Positions 40,749 through 51,354 of a stretch of 64,000 bases of DNA are shown here, one piece after another. Below the pieces are notes generated by a model, which was not told the origin of the DNA, ran no database searches, and worked only from the letters and a program-made list of their open reading frames with translations. Origin of the DNA: an uncultured Alphaproteobacteria bacterium (lineage in GTDB: Bacteria; Pseudomonadota; Alphaproteobacteria; Rhizobiales; Rhodomicrobiaceae); NCBI GenBank assembly GCA_963757195.1, contig CAVWQG010000004.1:502044-566043 (forward strand), written 5' to 3'. Numbering within the stretch: the first letter of the stretch is position 1; the number at the start of each line of letters is the position of its first letter. A program made the position numbers and the translations under genes.

Positions 40749-41408
40749 ATGAACGCTTTCCTCGCCCTCATTGAACGCGACCTTCGCCTCGCGCTTAGGC
40801 AAGGCTCTGCCATCGGGACGGCACTCGGGTTTTATCTGATCGCCGTCTCGATCATCCCGCTCGGCCTCGGCCCGGACCTTGCGCTGCTCACCCGCATCGC
40901 TCCCGGAATCCTCTGGATCTCGTTCCTTTTATCGGCGGTGCTGTCAGTGGATGCGCTTTTCCAGGAAGACCGCGATGACGGTTCGCTCGATGCGCTGGTC
41001 ATCGGGCCGCTTCCGTCCGAGCTGATCGCGGCCTCGAAAAGCATTTCCCATTGGCTCACCACCTGCGTGCCGCTCATCATCATCACGCCGCTCGCCGGTC
41101 TCCTCCTCAATATTGAGCTGGATGCTGTGCCTAAGCTGATGGCCTCGCTCGCCGCGGGCACCGTCGGCATCAGCTTTATCGCGGGCGCGGGCGCGGCGCT
41201 GACGCTGGGGCTGAGGCGTGGCGCTTTGCTCCTTCCTCTCCTGATCTTGCCGCTTTTTGCGCCATTCCTCATATTCGGCGTGGGCGCGATGGCAGAAGCG
41301 CCCGGCGCTTTTGTTCAGAGCATCCTGTTTCTTTCGGCGCTCTCGTTGTTCTCAATAGCGGCGATGCCATTTGCCGCTGCTCTTGCACTTCGGCTCAGTC
41401 TAGAGTGA
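40749..41408 (+). CDS. ccmB: heme exporter protein B
   Basis: RDLRLALRQG, APGILW, FQEDRDDGSLD, LLILPL. Confidence 0.95.
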   Translation: MNAFLALIERDLRLALRQGSAIGTALGFYLIAVSIIPLGLGPDLALLTRIAPGILWISFLLSAVLSVDALFQEDRDDGSLDALVIGPLPSELIAASKSISHWLTTCVPLIIITPLAGLLLNIELDAVPKLMASLAAGTVGISFIAGAGAALTLGLRRGALLLPLLILPLFAPFLIFGVGAMAEAPGAFVQSILFLSALSLFSIAAMPFAAALALRLSLE

Positions 41409-41441
41409 GCCTATATCAAGCCATGAATTGGAATATGATCG

Positions 41442-42245
41442 ATGGCCGAACTTTCTGAACCTCAAACAATGAGATCCTGGCGGGTCAGTACGCTCGCGAA
41501 TCCGACAGCTTTCATGCGCTTGAGCGGAAAGCTCCTTCCTTGGCTTATTGCGGTAACTTTGATCCTTTTCGCCATCGGGTTGACGATGGCGTTTCGCGCG
41601 CCGCCGGATTACCAGCAGGGTGAAACCGTCAAGATCATGTATGTGCACGTCCCCGCGGCATGGCTGTCGATGGCGTGTTATACGATTATCGCGCTTTCCT
41701 CTGCGGGTTATCTGATCTGGCGGCACCCGCTCGCGGACGTCTCCGCCAAGGCCGCGGCGCCGATTGGCGCCGTGTTCACGTTGCTTGCGCTCGTGACGGG
41801 GTCGCTCTGGGGCAAGCCCATGTGGGGCGCTTACTGGGTTTGGGACGCGCGGCTGACGTCTGTCCTGATCCTGTTCTTCCTCTATCTCGGGCTGATAGCC
41901 TTGCGGCAGGCCATTGACGAGCCGGGCCGCGCAGGGCGTGCTGCGGCGATCCTAGCTATCATCGGAGCCGTCAATATCCCAATCATCAAATATTCGGTGA
42001 ACTGGTGGAATACGCTGCACCAGCCGGCGAGTGTCATCCGCGCTGGCGGACCGACCATTGCGCCATCATTGCTTTGGCCGCTCCTCATCATGGCGTTGGC
42101 GTTTACAATTCTTTTTGTCGTCCTGCATTTGAAGGCCATGCGCGCCGAAGTACTAAGGCGCAGATGCGACGCCATGATCGCCGTCCACGTGCGCGGCGAC
42201 TCCCCGCCGGAACCCGCAGCCGGGGAGGCCGTATCCCATGTTTGA
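41442..42245 (+). CDS. ccmC: heme exporter protein C
   Basis: IMYVHVP, WGKPMWGAYWVWDARLT, SVNWWNTLHQ. Confidence 0.97.
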   Translation: MAELSEPQTMRSWRVSTLANPTAFMRLSGKLLPWLIAVTLILFAIGLTMAFRAPPDYQQGETVKIMYVHVPAAWLSMACYTIIALSSAGYLIWRHPLADVSAKAAAPIGAVFTLLALVTGSLWGKPMWGAYWVWDARLTSVLILFFLYLGLIALRQAIDEPGRAGRAAAILAIIGAVNIPIIKYSVNWWNTLHQPASVIRAGGPTIAPSLLWPLLIMALAFTILFVVLHLKAMRAEVLRRRCDAMIAVHVRGDSPPEPAAGEAVSHV

Positions 42246-42420
42246 TCTCGGACCTCACGCCGCATTCATCTGGCTTTCCTACCTCGCAGCGACGCTTTGT
42301 GTGATGGGCCTTGTCCTGTGGGTTTGGACCGACGAGCGAACCCAGAGACGGCGGCTCGCGGATCTTGAACGCCGGGGGATGCGCCGGAGATCGTCTCAGC
42401 AAAATCAGGACAGGCCATGA
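42238..42420 (+). CDS. ccmD: heme exporter protein D
   Basis: DLGPHAAFIWLSY, one TM, basic tail; between ccmC and ccmG. Confidence 0.85.
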   Translation: MFDLGPHAAFIWLSYLAATLCVMGLVLWVWTDERTQRRRLADLERRGMRRRSSQQNQDRP

Positions 42421-43037
42421 GCGAGACAACATCAACTGAAGAAAAACCGGCCCGGAAGAAGTCGAGGGCCGTGCTCATTCTGCCGCTTGTGCTCCTGGTT
42501 GCGGTCTTGGGCTTGCTGACCGTTGCGTTGCAGTCGGGCGATCCCTCGCACCTTCCGTCGGTTCTTATTGGAAAGCCGGTTCCGGAGTTCGACTTGGCGG
42601 CCATTCCCCGCCTGCAAAACGAGGCAGGAACGCCCATTCCAGGTTTTTCATCTGCGTCGCTGAAAAGCGGCAAGGTCAGCCTTGTTAACTTCTGGGCTTC
42701 ATGGTGCGCGCCCTGTTTAGCGGAACACCCGGAGCTCGTCGAACTCGCGAAGCAGGGCGTTCCTCTGTACGGGATTGACTACAAGGGCGACACTCCGGAA
42801 GCGGCGAGGCGGTTTCTAACCCGCCACGGCAATCCCTTTCTGGCCATCGGCGCCGATGAAACGGGCATGACCGGGATCGACTTAGGAGTTACCGGCGTTC
42901 CTGAAACCTTCGTCATCGACGGTTCTGGGCGCATCGTTATGCGTCATCAGGGGCCTTTGACTTCCGAAGTGATCGCCGAGAAGATAAAGCCTGCGATGGA
43001 GAAGGCCGGGAAGGAAAGCTCTGCTGCTCGCTCGTAA
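42417..43037 (+). CDS. ccmG: thiol:disulfide interchange protein CcmG/DsbE
   Basis: LPSVLIGKPVPEF, NFWASWCAPC, GVTGVPETF. Confidence 0.95.
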   Translation: MSETTSTEEKPARKKSRAVLILPLVLLVAVLGLLTVALQSGDPSHLPSVLIGKPVPEFDLAAIPRLQNEAGTPIPGFSSASLKSGKVSLVNFWASWCAPCLAEHPELVELAKQGVPLYGIDYKGDTPEAARRFLTRHGNPFLAIGADETGMTGIDLGVTGVPETFVIDGSGRIVMRHQGPLTSEVIAEKIKPAMEKAGKESSAARS

Positions 43038-43235
43038 GCAGGATCTGAAGGTCTTTATTGCAGTCGACGATTGAGCCTGCGCCGAATTTTCGGCGGCTGC
43101 GCGGCGCGCCTGCGGGATCTGCGTCGATTAGACAAAGCCAAGATGATAAGCGCAGTTTGACCCTCCCACGCTGTACAACTACGATCCCCATGAAACGGTT
43201 CGGCCGCTGCCGAAAAACGAAAAGGTCTTTACGCC

Positions 43236-43490
43236 ATGATGAGGTCTTTGGTCTCTCTTCTATTGATTTTAATAGGCGTCCCATTAACTATCTTCGCGCT
43301 GAATGGCGACAGTACGGTCATTGAAACTCAAGATGCGAGAATGCATGGCCTCTATGCCGGCGTCGCTCTCATCATTGTGGGCTTCATCATCGGCAAGTTC
43401 TGGTCACTGAAGTGGAAAATGAAGCGCTCATCACTGCCGGCCCAACAGCCGGAGCAGATCGATCTCTTCGAACCTCGCAAAGAGGCCTAA
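43236..43490 (+). CDS. small 2-TM membrane protein
   Basis: Two hydrophobic segments. Confidence 0.55.
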   Translation: MMRSLVSLLLILIGVPLTIFALNGDSTVIETQDARMHGLYAGVALIIVGFIIGKFWSLKWKMKRSSLPAQQPEQIDLFEPRKEA

Positions 43491-43497
43491 GCTGTCT

Positions 43498-43815
43498 CTA
43501 GTCCCCTATGATTTCCGGGGGAGGACGGCGATATCCTGCAAGGAAGATGAGAGCCCCGGCCGCTCCAAACAGGATCGAGACGGGTAGTACGAGCATCGGT
43601 TCTATGATGCCGTTCCACAGATAGGGCGGCGCGTGATTTAGGAAAAAGCTTTCCAGCGTCTCGCGGCCGTCAGGGATGTGGTTCAGGTGTATCGAAAGAG
43701 ACGTGAAAAGCAGCCCTTCCCCGGGGCTCGCTAAAATCCGTGCTCCGTCATAGGCCAAAGCCACAAATGCTGCGAAAAGCAGCGTCTTCCCTAACAGCCT
43801 AAGAAAAAGCATCAC
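43498..43815 (-). CDS. small membrane protein
   Basis: LFLRLLGKTLLFAAFVALAYDG, LWNGIIEPMLVLP; Rhizobiales-type conserved hypothetical by recollection. Confidence 0.65.
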   Translation of the reverse strand: MMLFLRLLGKTLLFAAFVALAYDGARILASPGEGLLFTSLSIHLNHIPDGRETLESFFLNHAPPYLWNGIIEPMLVLPVSILFGAAGALIFLAGYRRPPPEIIGD

Positions 43816-43868
43816 TCTCTTCCCTGCTATGGCTTCGGTTTCCCAAACAAAGTTTGACGGGGCGCGCG

Positions 43869-43995
43869 GTCGTCCCGGAAAGGCGAAGCCTTATCCGGGA
43901 ACGTAATATATTGAAACGCTTCCATCTTTGCGATCCCGGCTCGCGCTTCGCTTGGCCGAGATGACAATCCGTTGGCCAGATTAGCGACGTTTGCT
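43869..43995 (+). repeat. double-hairpin intergenic repeat
   Basis: gtcgtcccggaaaggcgaagccttatccgggaac ... gatcccggctcgcgcttcgcttggccgagatgacaatccgttggcca. Confidence 0.85.
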
Positions 43996-44130
43996 GAGAC
44001 TCGCAAAGGGCGCGGCGCAAGATTTGTTGCGCACTTGAGAATCTTGCCTGCGCCCCGTTTTCTGCGCAACCAGATACTGGCGCCCATCTCCTTCACAAAA
44101 AAGCAATAGACCTGATCCTATATCGATACA

Positions 44131-46093
44131 TTGTCGCTTGCCTTTGGCTGGCCAGCCCGGAGCGAAGGCTTGAATAGATCAGATAGAAATACCGCCCGGC
44201 GCAGCCTTCAAGCCCGCAATCGCCGCTTTATCCGGCGTTCCGGGCAGAAACTCAAGCGTGCGATAGCCGTCCTGGCTGCTGTCATCGTAATCGGAACCAT
44301 GCTTCTTTTGGGGTCGGTCGCTATTGAGCAGAGGGAAGCCGCCGAAGAGCGGGCCTGGAACGACGTCGACAATCTGTCGGGCGCCTTTGAAGAACAGGTC
44401 TATCGCGTCGTTGACGACGTGCGGGGTGCGATCGACTTGCTAAAGCTGCGGTTCACCGTTGAAGGAACCGCCTTCAATCTTGTCGACTGGGCGCAGCGTA
44501 TCCCTGAATTTGCGACATCCACCGTCCAGATTGCCTATGTCGGGCCGGATGGAAAACTCCTGGCCACGTCTCTCTCGCGAAACCCCCAGCACATCGATCT
44601 GTCGGATCGCGAGCACATTCGCGTGCAACTCACCGGCGAGCAAAAGGGCCTCTTTATAGGCAAGACCGTCATCGGACGCGTCTCCGGGCAGCCCACGATT
44701 CAGGTCACCGACAGAAATAACGACGCGGATGGAAAATTGGCCGGGATCATTGTCTTTTCGCTCTCGCCGGAATTTCTCACCACGCTTCATAAAGTCGTGA
44801 ACCTCGGCAAGACGGGCTCCATGATCCTCATGGGAGAGGATGGCGTCGTTCGAGCCTCCTACGGGTCATGGCAGAAATCGGACCTCGACTTCATCGGCAA
44901 GAAGGTTTCTGGGACGGAGGCCATAACCGATGCCCGCAACTCGACGTTGCCTGAAGGTCAGTATCGCGGCATCAATCCTCTTAGCGGCGAGCCCGCATTC
45001 CTGCATTGGCGGAAGGTGAAAGACTATCCCCTCGTCGTGGCCGTCAGTTTCGGAGAATCCGAGGTCTTCGCTGTCGCCAATCGGAGCGCGGTGATGCTTG
45101 CCGCGCTTGGAGCTGGCGTTCTCGTCATGACGCTAACAACAACGCTGATTCTCTACCGGGAAATCTCGCGGCGCGTTCATCGGGAGATCGCGTTGTTCGA
45201 CGAGAGCCGCAAACTCGTGCTTGTTAATGACAATCTGCAGCGCCGGCACCGGCAGCTCCTGGCTGCAAGCGCGGAGCTCGAACTCCGAGAGAACACGTTT
45301 GCAGCTCGTGAATCAGGAGCTCAAAGCGGCTAAGGAGCAAGCCGATCAGGCAAACCAAGCCAAGACTTCGCTTTTGATGAACATGAGTCATGAATTCAGG
45401 ACACCGATGCATGCGATTCTGAATTACACGAGCATGGGCCTGAAAAAACTCGACTCTGCTGAACGTGAGAAGCTGAAGAAATATCTTACCAACATCCAGC
45501 AATCGGGCCTGCGCCTCCTTGAATTGCTGAACGCCCTTCTTGACCTGGCCAAACTGGAGTCTGGAAAGCTTGAGCTGAAGCCATCCAGGGGCAATTTAGT
45601 TCAAATCATCCGTCAATCTCAAGCTGAAGTCGGTTCTCTCTTTGAAGCAAAGCGACTTGAACTTATCGTCGAGTGCCAGAGCAGAGATACGTGCGCTTTC
45701 TTCGACAAGGAAAGATTGATACAGGTCTTCATCAATCTCTTCTCGAACGCGATCAAATTTTCACCGCAAGAGAACACGATCCAGGTCACAATAGCGGACG
45801 GCAAATTACCTGAACGTGGCCCCGCCTTCCACTGCACCGTCTCAGACAACGGCGTCGGAATCCCGGAGGCGGAGCTGGAAGCGATCTTCGATAAGTTCAC
45901 ACAAAGCAGCAAGACCAACACGGGCGCCGGCGGCTCAGGCCTGGGTCTCGCAATCTGCCGGGAAATCATTCACCTCCACGGCGGCATTATATGGGCGGCT
46001 ACGTCTCTTTCCGGGGGAGCTTCTATCCATTTCGTAATACCGAAAGAAGCCGCCGGCGAAAATGCCGGTGGCATTCTGGTCGCTGCTGGCTAA
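44131..46093 (+). CDS. Cache-domain sensor histidine kinase, split by one +1 base (probable artefact)
   Basis: TM-Cache(IDLSDREH, GKTVIGRVSG)-TM; MSHEFRTP H-box; NAIKFS, DNGVGIP, GSGLGL; frames join as ELDSERTRLQ if one A of GAACTC (45280-45285) is removed. Confidence 0.9.
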
Positions 46094-46213
46094 GGCTCGG
46101 CGCTTGCATCTTTCTGCAAATTATACAATCCATAGTTGCAAAGCTTTTCCAGATTCTAACTAGATTTGCGATTACGCAAAAATGGCGCGCATGTCTCACA
46201 GAGTCCCAACACA

Positions 46214-47173
46214 ATGAAAATACCCAAGAAAATCCTCTCTGTCGACGATGACCCGCTCAACAGGGATATCCTCACGGAATATCTGACCGATGGCGGTTAC
46301 GAAGTCATCGAAGCAGACGACGGGGATACAGCGCTCAAGCTGCTTAACGATGTGGACGGCATTGACGCCATCGTTCTCGACCGCATGATGCCTCGCCTCA
46401 ACGGCATGGAGGTGCTGAAAGCGGTCAAGGCCGATCCGCGCTTCTCCGATATCCCCGTTGTCATGCAGTCTGCGGCGAGCGCGCGGGACCAGATCCTGCA
46501 GGGGATCAAGGCCGGGGTCTATTACTATCTTACCAAGCCCTACGAAGACCAGATGCTGCTCGCCATTGTGGGAGCAGCGCTGCAAGACGCGGCGACAAAG
46601 AAAAAGCTTCGGGAGGAGGTCAGCAAGCACAGGCGCGTGATGGGCCTCATGGAGCAATCGCGCTTCCGATTCCGCACCTTGGAAGAGGCGAGGAACATCG
46701 CTTTTCTGATCGCGAATTGCTTTCCAGAGCCAGAGGCTGCCGTCTACGGCCTCAACGAGATGCTGATCAATGCGGTCGAGCACGGCAATCTCGGCATTAC
46801 CTACGCCGAGAAAACGCAACTCATTCTCGAGGGAAGTCTATATGAGGAAATCGAGCGCAGGCTTGCCCTTCCCTCCAACCTGAACAAGTGGGCTTATCTC
46901 AGCTTCGAAGCGGATGAAAATACGCTTCGTGTGATCATAAAGGATCAGGGGGCGGGGTTTGATTGGCGGCAGTACCTCGACATCAGCCCGGATCGCGCCA
47001 CCCATCCCAATGGCCGAGGCATTGCTACATCCCGGCTCATGTCGTTCACCTCGGTGGAATACCGCGGCTGCGGGAACGAAGTTCTCTGTTCCGTGGCGAC
47101 TACTCGCCACGGAGTTCGGGATCACGGTGCTGCAGTTGCGTCTATTGAGGCTGGCCACGAAATCCCGGCATAG
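46214..47173 (+). CDS. response regulator with C-terminal RsbW-like HATPase domain
   Basis: REC: SVDDD, VLDRMMP, LTKP; output: EMLINAVEHGN, IKDQGAGF, GRGI. Confidence 0.88.
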   Translation: MKIPKKILSVDDDPLNRDILTEYLTDGGYEVIEADDGDTALKLLNDVDGIDAIVLDRMMPRLNGMEVLKAVKADPRFSDIPVVMQSAASARDQILQGIKAGVYYYLTKPYEDQMLLAIVGAALQDAATKKKLREEVSKHRRVMGLMEQSRFRFRTLEEARNIAFLIANCFPEPEAAVYGLNEMLINAVEHGNLGITYAEKTQLILEGSLYEEIERRLALPSNLNKWAYLSFEADENTLRVIIKDQGAGFDWRQYLDISPDRATHPNGRGIATSRLMSFTSVEYRGCGNEVLCSVATTRHGVRDHGAAVASIEAGHEIPA

Positions 47174-47459
47174 GCGAGTAGCCGAAAGGCACATTCGTAT
47201 TCGTCTGGTTCGAATTGAAGCCAGATGGACCGAATGGCTGCGTCGTGGGGCCGGCCGAAAAGTACAATCCGCTCTGCCCCGGGCTGCTCTTGCCGTCAAC
47301 TTTATCCTGAAGCGCCTTCAGCGGATCCTCTTGGTCCGCCAGATTTGCGCTGGCGCCGCCATTAGGGCTGGCCTGTTCTGTGGACCACGCCCAGACGGTT
47401 GCTGGAGCCATCATGGAAATCGCCAAGGCAGCAAGACCGGATAGAGCAAATGCGCGCAT
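47142..47459 (-). CDS. small secreted protein
   Basis: Signal peptide MRAFALSGLAALAISMMAPATVWA; Gly/Pro/Ser-rich. Confidence 0.65.
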   Translation of the reverse strand: MRAFALSGLAALAISMMAPATVWAWSTEQASPNGGASANLADQEDPLKALQDKVDGKSSPGQSGLYFSAGPTTQPFGPSGFNSNQTNTNVPFGYSPMPGFRGQPQ

Positions 47460-47660
47460 TGTTCCCCTCGTCAGAAATTCCCTTTCCACTGATTAACATA
47501 GCGCGCCCCGATTCGTACAGGGGTGAGGCAAGGCATTGAAAATCAAAGCGAGTTCTGGCGGGGGTGCGGCGAACAGCGTCAGGAATTCAAACTTCCCATT
47601 TAATATCAATGCGTTACGCCTGTGTTTGAATAGCAACTTGAGTAGCCTACTAATCTTTTG

Positions 47661-47674
47661 TTGACTTGAATCAA
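47661..47674. promoter_or_regulatory. FNR/FnrL/FixK-type box
   Basis: TTGAC-TTGA-ATCAA, one mismatch to TTGAT-N4-ATCAA. Confidence 0.6.
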
Positions 47675-47728
47675 CTTTTTGCACTGCACAAAATGTCAGG
47701 ATGACTCTTCTACTCGAAGGAGGATGAG

Positions 47729-47902
47729 TTGGCCTCTAAGCACTATCGTCCAGATACCCTCATGCGGCGAGCCAAAGAAACAAGATCGCATGCGAAGGAC
47801 GTGGATGAAATCTGGCTCAAAAAGGCGCTTGAAGATGTGGCTCAAGCCTATGAGTGGCTTGCATTGCGGCTAGCGTCTGCGCCCACCAAATCCATCAATT
47901 AG
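47729..47902 (+). CDS. 57-aa small helical protein (not in ORF track)
   Basis: RBS AAGGAGG then TTG: MASKHYRPDTLMRRAKETRSHAKDVDEIWLKKALEDVAQAYEWLALRLASAPTKSIN. Confidence 0.7.
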   Translation: MASKHYRPDTLMRRAKETRSHAKDVDEIWLKKALEDVAQAYEWLALRLASAPTKSIN

Positions 47903-48162
47903 GGGTTAGTCCCGCAGTCGGATGCGGTCTAACGGCCGGTAGTGTCCCAGATTGAGACACAAGGCGGAAACCTCGGGAGCGGCTATGAGCATATCGTTCC
48001 CGCGGCGATCCAATCGATCCGGCCTTGTGAGGCCCGCGGCATGCTCCACTCATTTTTACTTCGATAAGCTGTGCTGGAACGTTCATCAAGGGTCTATAAG
48101 GCCCAGGTCGTCGCGACAACCTGGGCATTCACTCTGTGAGAAGCAGGAGGGCGCGTCTCGAA

Positions 48163-49605
48163 CTACGGCATCGCTCCTTGCTCGACGGGAACGGCGGTTT
48201 CTCTTCGGAGAAGCGGATACATCGCGATCAGCGTCGCAAGAAGCAGCACGAGTTCGATCGAATAGACAGTGACATATCCGGTCGCAGGCCCAAGAGAGCT
48301 GTGCTCCCACACGCCAGCGACAACGTCCCGGATAATACCACCGAGCGCAATGGAAAGGCCGGCAGCTGTGGCTTGTACCGCGCCCCAAGCGCCAAGCGCC
48401 AAGCCTGTCTGATTTTTCGGCGCGAGGCTCATCGTGGCCGTCAACGTGCCATGCCCAAAGAGACCGGCTCCAAAACCGATAAGCGACGTCCCAATGACAA
48501 AAAGCGCTGTAGAGCCGAACGGCGCCGCGAGAATAACGAAGATGAACGCCGGGATACCCACCAGCGCCCCGCAAAGGGCCATCTTGAAGGGATCGAAGCC
48601 GCGGCTGAGAATGCGGGAGGCGAGAGCGAAGCCAAAAAGACCGCCTATTGCGAGAGTGGCCGTCAGCCTCGTCGTCTGGCTAACGCTCAAATGCAGAATT
48701 TGGCCGCCATAGGGTTCGAGAAGCACGTCCTCCATGCTGAACGCCATGGTGCCGAGGCCGATCGAAACCAAGCGGCGAACTGCGTTGCCGCCATGAACGT
48801 AGGCCGCCCAGGAATCTTTGAACAAGGGGCGCGGCGCGGTCTCTACCGCCAACTCTTCCGCCGTCAGGAGCCGTCTGGGTTTGCGCACCTCCTGTTTCCA
48901 TAACGCGATTGTATTCAGGATGAGAGTCGCTATGGCCGACCCTTGGATCACTCCGATCAGTTGCCCAGGGGGAAGGCGCTCCCACGATGGGTGCAAGAGC
49001 AGATAGCCAAAGAGAAGCGCGCTTACGACCATGCCAAGCAGCAGCATGACATACATGAGCCCGACAACCTTCGGCTGAGACTCCTTCGGCGCCAGATCGG
49101 TGGCTAGCGCAAGACCCACAGTTTGAACAGTATGCAAGCCCGCCCCGACAAGAAGAAACGAAATGGCCGCCGCGATCTGCCCGATCCATGCCGGGAGGTG
49201 GTCCGCTTCGCCCTGCCCAGCCAGAACGAGCACTGCAAACGGCATGATGGCGAGACCGCCGAACTGAACCAGCGTGCCTTGCCAAATGAACGGAACGCGC
49301 TTCCAGCCGAGAACCGATTTGTGTGTGTCGGAGCGAAAGCCGATGATGGCGCGGAAAGGCGCAAAGAAAAGCGGCAGGGAGATCATGATCGCGACGATTG
49401 AAGCAGGCACTTCGTATTCAACGATCATGACTCGGTTGAGTGTGCCGATTAGCAGCACCAACGCCATTCCAACCGAGACCTGGAAGAGAGACAGGCGCAG
49501 CAGCCTCGACAACGGCAATTCAGGCGTCGCGGCATCTGCGAAGGGAAGAAAACGTGCACCTTGGCGGAACCAGTAACCAGTTACGCGGTGGGCCATATTA
49601 GACAT
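48163..49605 (-). CDS. pucC: LH2 assembly MFS protein PucC
   Basis: FLPFADAATPELPLSRLLRLSLFQVSVGM, LNRVMIVE, GLALGAWGAVQAT; directly downstream of pucBA. Confidence 0.92.
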   Translation of the reverse strand: MSNMAHRVTGYWFRQGARFLPFADAATPELPLSRLLRLSLFQVSVGMALVLLIGTLNRVMIVEYEVPASIVAIMISLPLFFAPFRAIIGFRSDTHKSVLGWKRVPFIWQGTLVQFGGLAIMPFAVLVLAGQGEADHLPAWIGQIAAAISFLLVGAGLHTVQTVGLALATDLAPKESQPKVVGLMYVMLLLGMVVSALLFGYLLLHPSWERLPPGQLIGVIQGSAIATLILNTIALWKQEVRKPRRLLTAEELAVETAPRPLFKDSWAAYVHGGNAVRRLVSIGLGTMAFSMEDVLLEPYGGQILHLSVSQTTRLTATLAIGGLFGFALASRILSRGFDPFKMALCGALVGIPAFIFVILAAPFGSTALFVIGTSLIGFGAGLFGHGTLTATMSLAPKNQTGLALGAWGAVQATAAGLSIALGGIIRDVVAGVWEHSSLGPATGYVTVYSIELVLLLATLIAMYPLLRRETAVPVEQGAMP

Positions 49606-50054
49606 CGAAAGAGCAACTCCAACAGAGGGGCCCAAAGGCCTTGGTAAACCTTCGCCGAATTAGCGGCCAGAAGCTTCGCTTTTAAGGTCCGCTAAAAGCA
49701 AAAACAGCGCTGCCAGGCACGACTGCCTCCGCATCGCTTTGCATCCGTATCCCGTCGCAGACCACAAACCTGTTCAATTCAGAGATTATGCCTGCAACTG
49801 CCCTCAGGGGCTTGTCTTTTCCCCAGCACCATCCGTGCGGTTCACGCGATCGCCTGCGCGACAGCGGCAGCTCTTACCTCCGCGCAGGCAACGGCTTCCG
49901 GCTCATGAAAGCATGTCTTATCAGTTTCAAGCTGCCAGATCATGCATCACACCCGACTAGCGGTATTGCCGGAAGTTATCGCAGTTCCTACAACCCGAAC
50001 AGAGCGCGGCCAGGACCTAGGGTCCAGGCCGTCTGACGAGCTATCGAGACAAAG

Positions 50055-50252
50055 CTAGGCGCTTTTCACCATGCTTACGATCTCAGCGGACTTTTTGCCG
50101 CCTTCCCAGTACTTGCCAAACCATGTCGTGTGACCGATCAGAGCAGCATGAACGAGGATCGCGATCAGCGTGACGGTGCCAAGAAACAGGGGAAGACCGA
50201 CTTTGGGCGGAACGACCAACCAAATGCCAGCTTGTCCATCAACATCAGCCAT
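50055..50252 (-). CDS. pucA: LH2 alpha polypeptide (operon 1)
   Basis: [36 protein letters not shown]; RBS GGAG. Confidence 0.95.
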   Translation of the reverse strand: MADVDGQAGIWLVVPPKVGLPLFLGTVTLIAILVHAALIGHTTWFGKYWEGGKKSAEIVSMVKSA

Positions 50253-50282
50253 GTTCAATTCTCCTAGTTAGAGTGTTGGTTT

Positions 50283-50435
50283 CTAGTGCAGCCAAGGGGA
50301 ATAGACGTAAGCAAGGACGTGAGCGACGACAGCAATCGCGCCGAAAACGCGGGTGCCGTTGATCACATGACCGTGCAACTCCTCAGCTTCCGCCAAGGTC
50401 AAGCCCGTCGGATAGACCTTATTTGGATCAGCCAT
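50283..50435 (-). CDS. pucB: LH2 beta polypeptide (operon 1; not in ORF track)
   Basis: [50 protein letters not shown]; RBS GGAGG. Confidence 0.96.
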   Translation of the reverse strand: MADPNKVYPTGLTLAEAEELHGHVINGTRVFGAIAVVAHVLAYVYSPWLH

Positions 50436-50540
50436 AATTGTACCTCCTTAAAGGACCTGCTAGGTTTTTCGTGCTGAACCCGCACGTAGGTCGCTCATAC
50501 AGCTGCTGGTTCGAGCGAGTTTTCTTAGTCGCAGCTTGAG

Positions 50541-50584
50541 TGTAAGCATATGCTGACATTTGCATGCGTCAACTCCATTTGACA
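50541..50584 (-). promoter_or_regulatory. pucBA1 promoter with tandem PpsR/CrtJ boxes
   Basis: TGT-N12-ACA 50541-50558, 8-bp gap, CGT-N12-ACA 50567-50584; TTGACG-16-TATGCT on minus overlaps both. Confidence 0.85.
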
Positions 50585-51117
50585 CACCTTTGCATTTTGG
50601 GTCAATATGACGCAAGGTTGGTTCTGGCCGAATACTGCCGGTTTCCACCGTAGATGGCAAGAATAGTTGCGAACGCATCCATTTCACCCGGTTTTATTGG
50701 TATCCGGGCCAGAAAGGGGCGAAGGTGTCGCGCGACCTGGCGGAACCGGGCGCTTGCAAGTCTGTGGAAAATTACTGGATGAGCGACCTCACCGCTTAGC
50801 AATCGAGGCCAGCTGCGAACCCTATGCAGGGCAGGTTTCAATGGATGAGGAGATGGAGAGGTGGTGACCGTCTCAGCAAGGACTCCCTTCCTCGTGAAAG
50901 AAAGAAGCCGGATGCGATTAGGATCGCGAAAAATGATGCCCCTCTTAGAACCTAAAATGCCTGCGAGCAGAGCGAAGGGTGCTCTTGCGCGCAGGCCTTA
51001 TGCAAATGATAACGTCCTAGAGGCCTTTATGCCCGACCGCAGGGCAGGTGCACCGCGAGTTCGGAAGGGCTTTTGGTCAAGCTATTGGAGGTCTGCTACC
51101 AAACGGTAGCAAACGCA

Positions 51118-51333
51118 TTAACGAACAGCCGGAGCGGCCGCGCTTGGAGCGGGCATGGTCGCGGCAACCTTAGCGCCGCCTTCCCAGTACTTCGGGAACC
51201 ACTTCGTGTTGCCTACCAGAGCAGCATGCACAAGGACTGCGATCAGCGTGACCGCGCCCAGCATCAGAGGAAGACCTACGGCCGGCGGGACAACAAGCCA
51301 AATGCCGTGTTCGCCATCAGTGTAATCAGCCAT
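51118..51333 (-). CDS. pucA: LH2 alpha polypeptide (operon 2)
   Basis: [36 protein letters not shown] with Ala/Pro tail. Confidence 0.95.
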   Translation of the reverse strand: MADYTDGEHGIWLVVPPAVGLPLMLGAVTLIAVLVHAALVGNTKWFPKYWEGGAKVAATMPAPSAAAPAVR

Positions 51334-51354
51334 TTTCAGTTCTCCGAGTGGTAA

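Noticed and set aside
50861-51109. ANDN motif (51002-51013) as a tmRNA tag
   Set aside because: The frame does not end in an Ala-Ala tag and no tmRNA acceptor or T-arm sequences were found; the ORF itself is unsupported beyond its RBS
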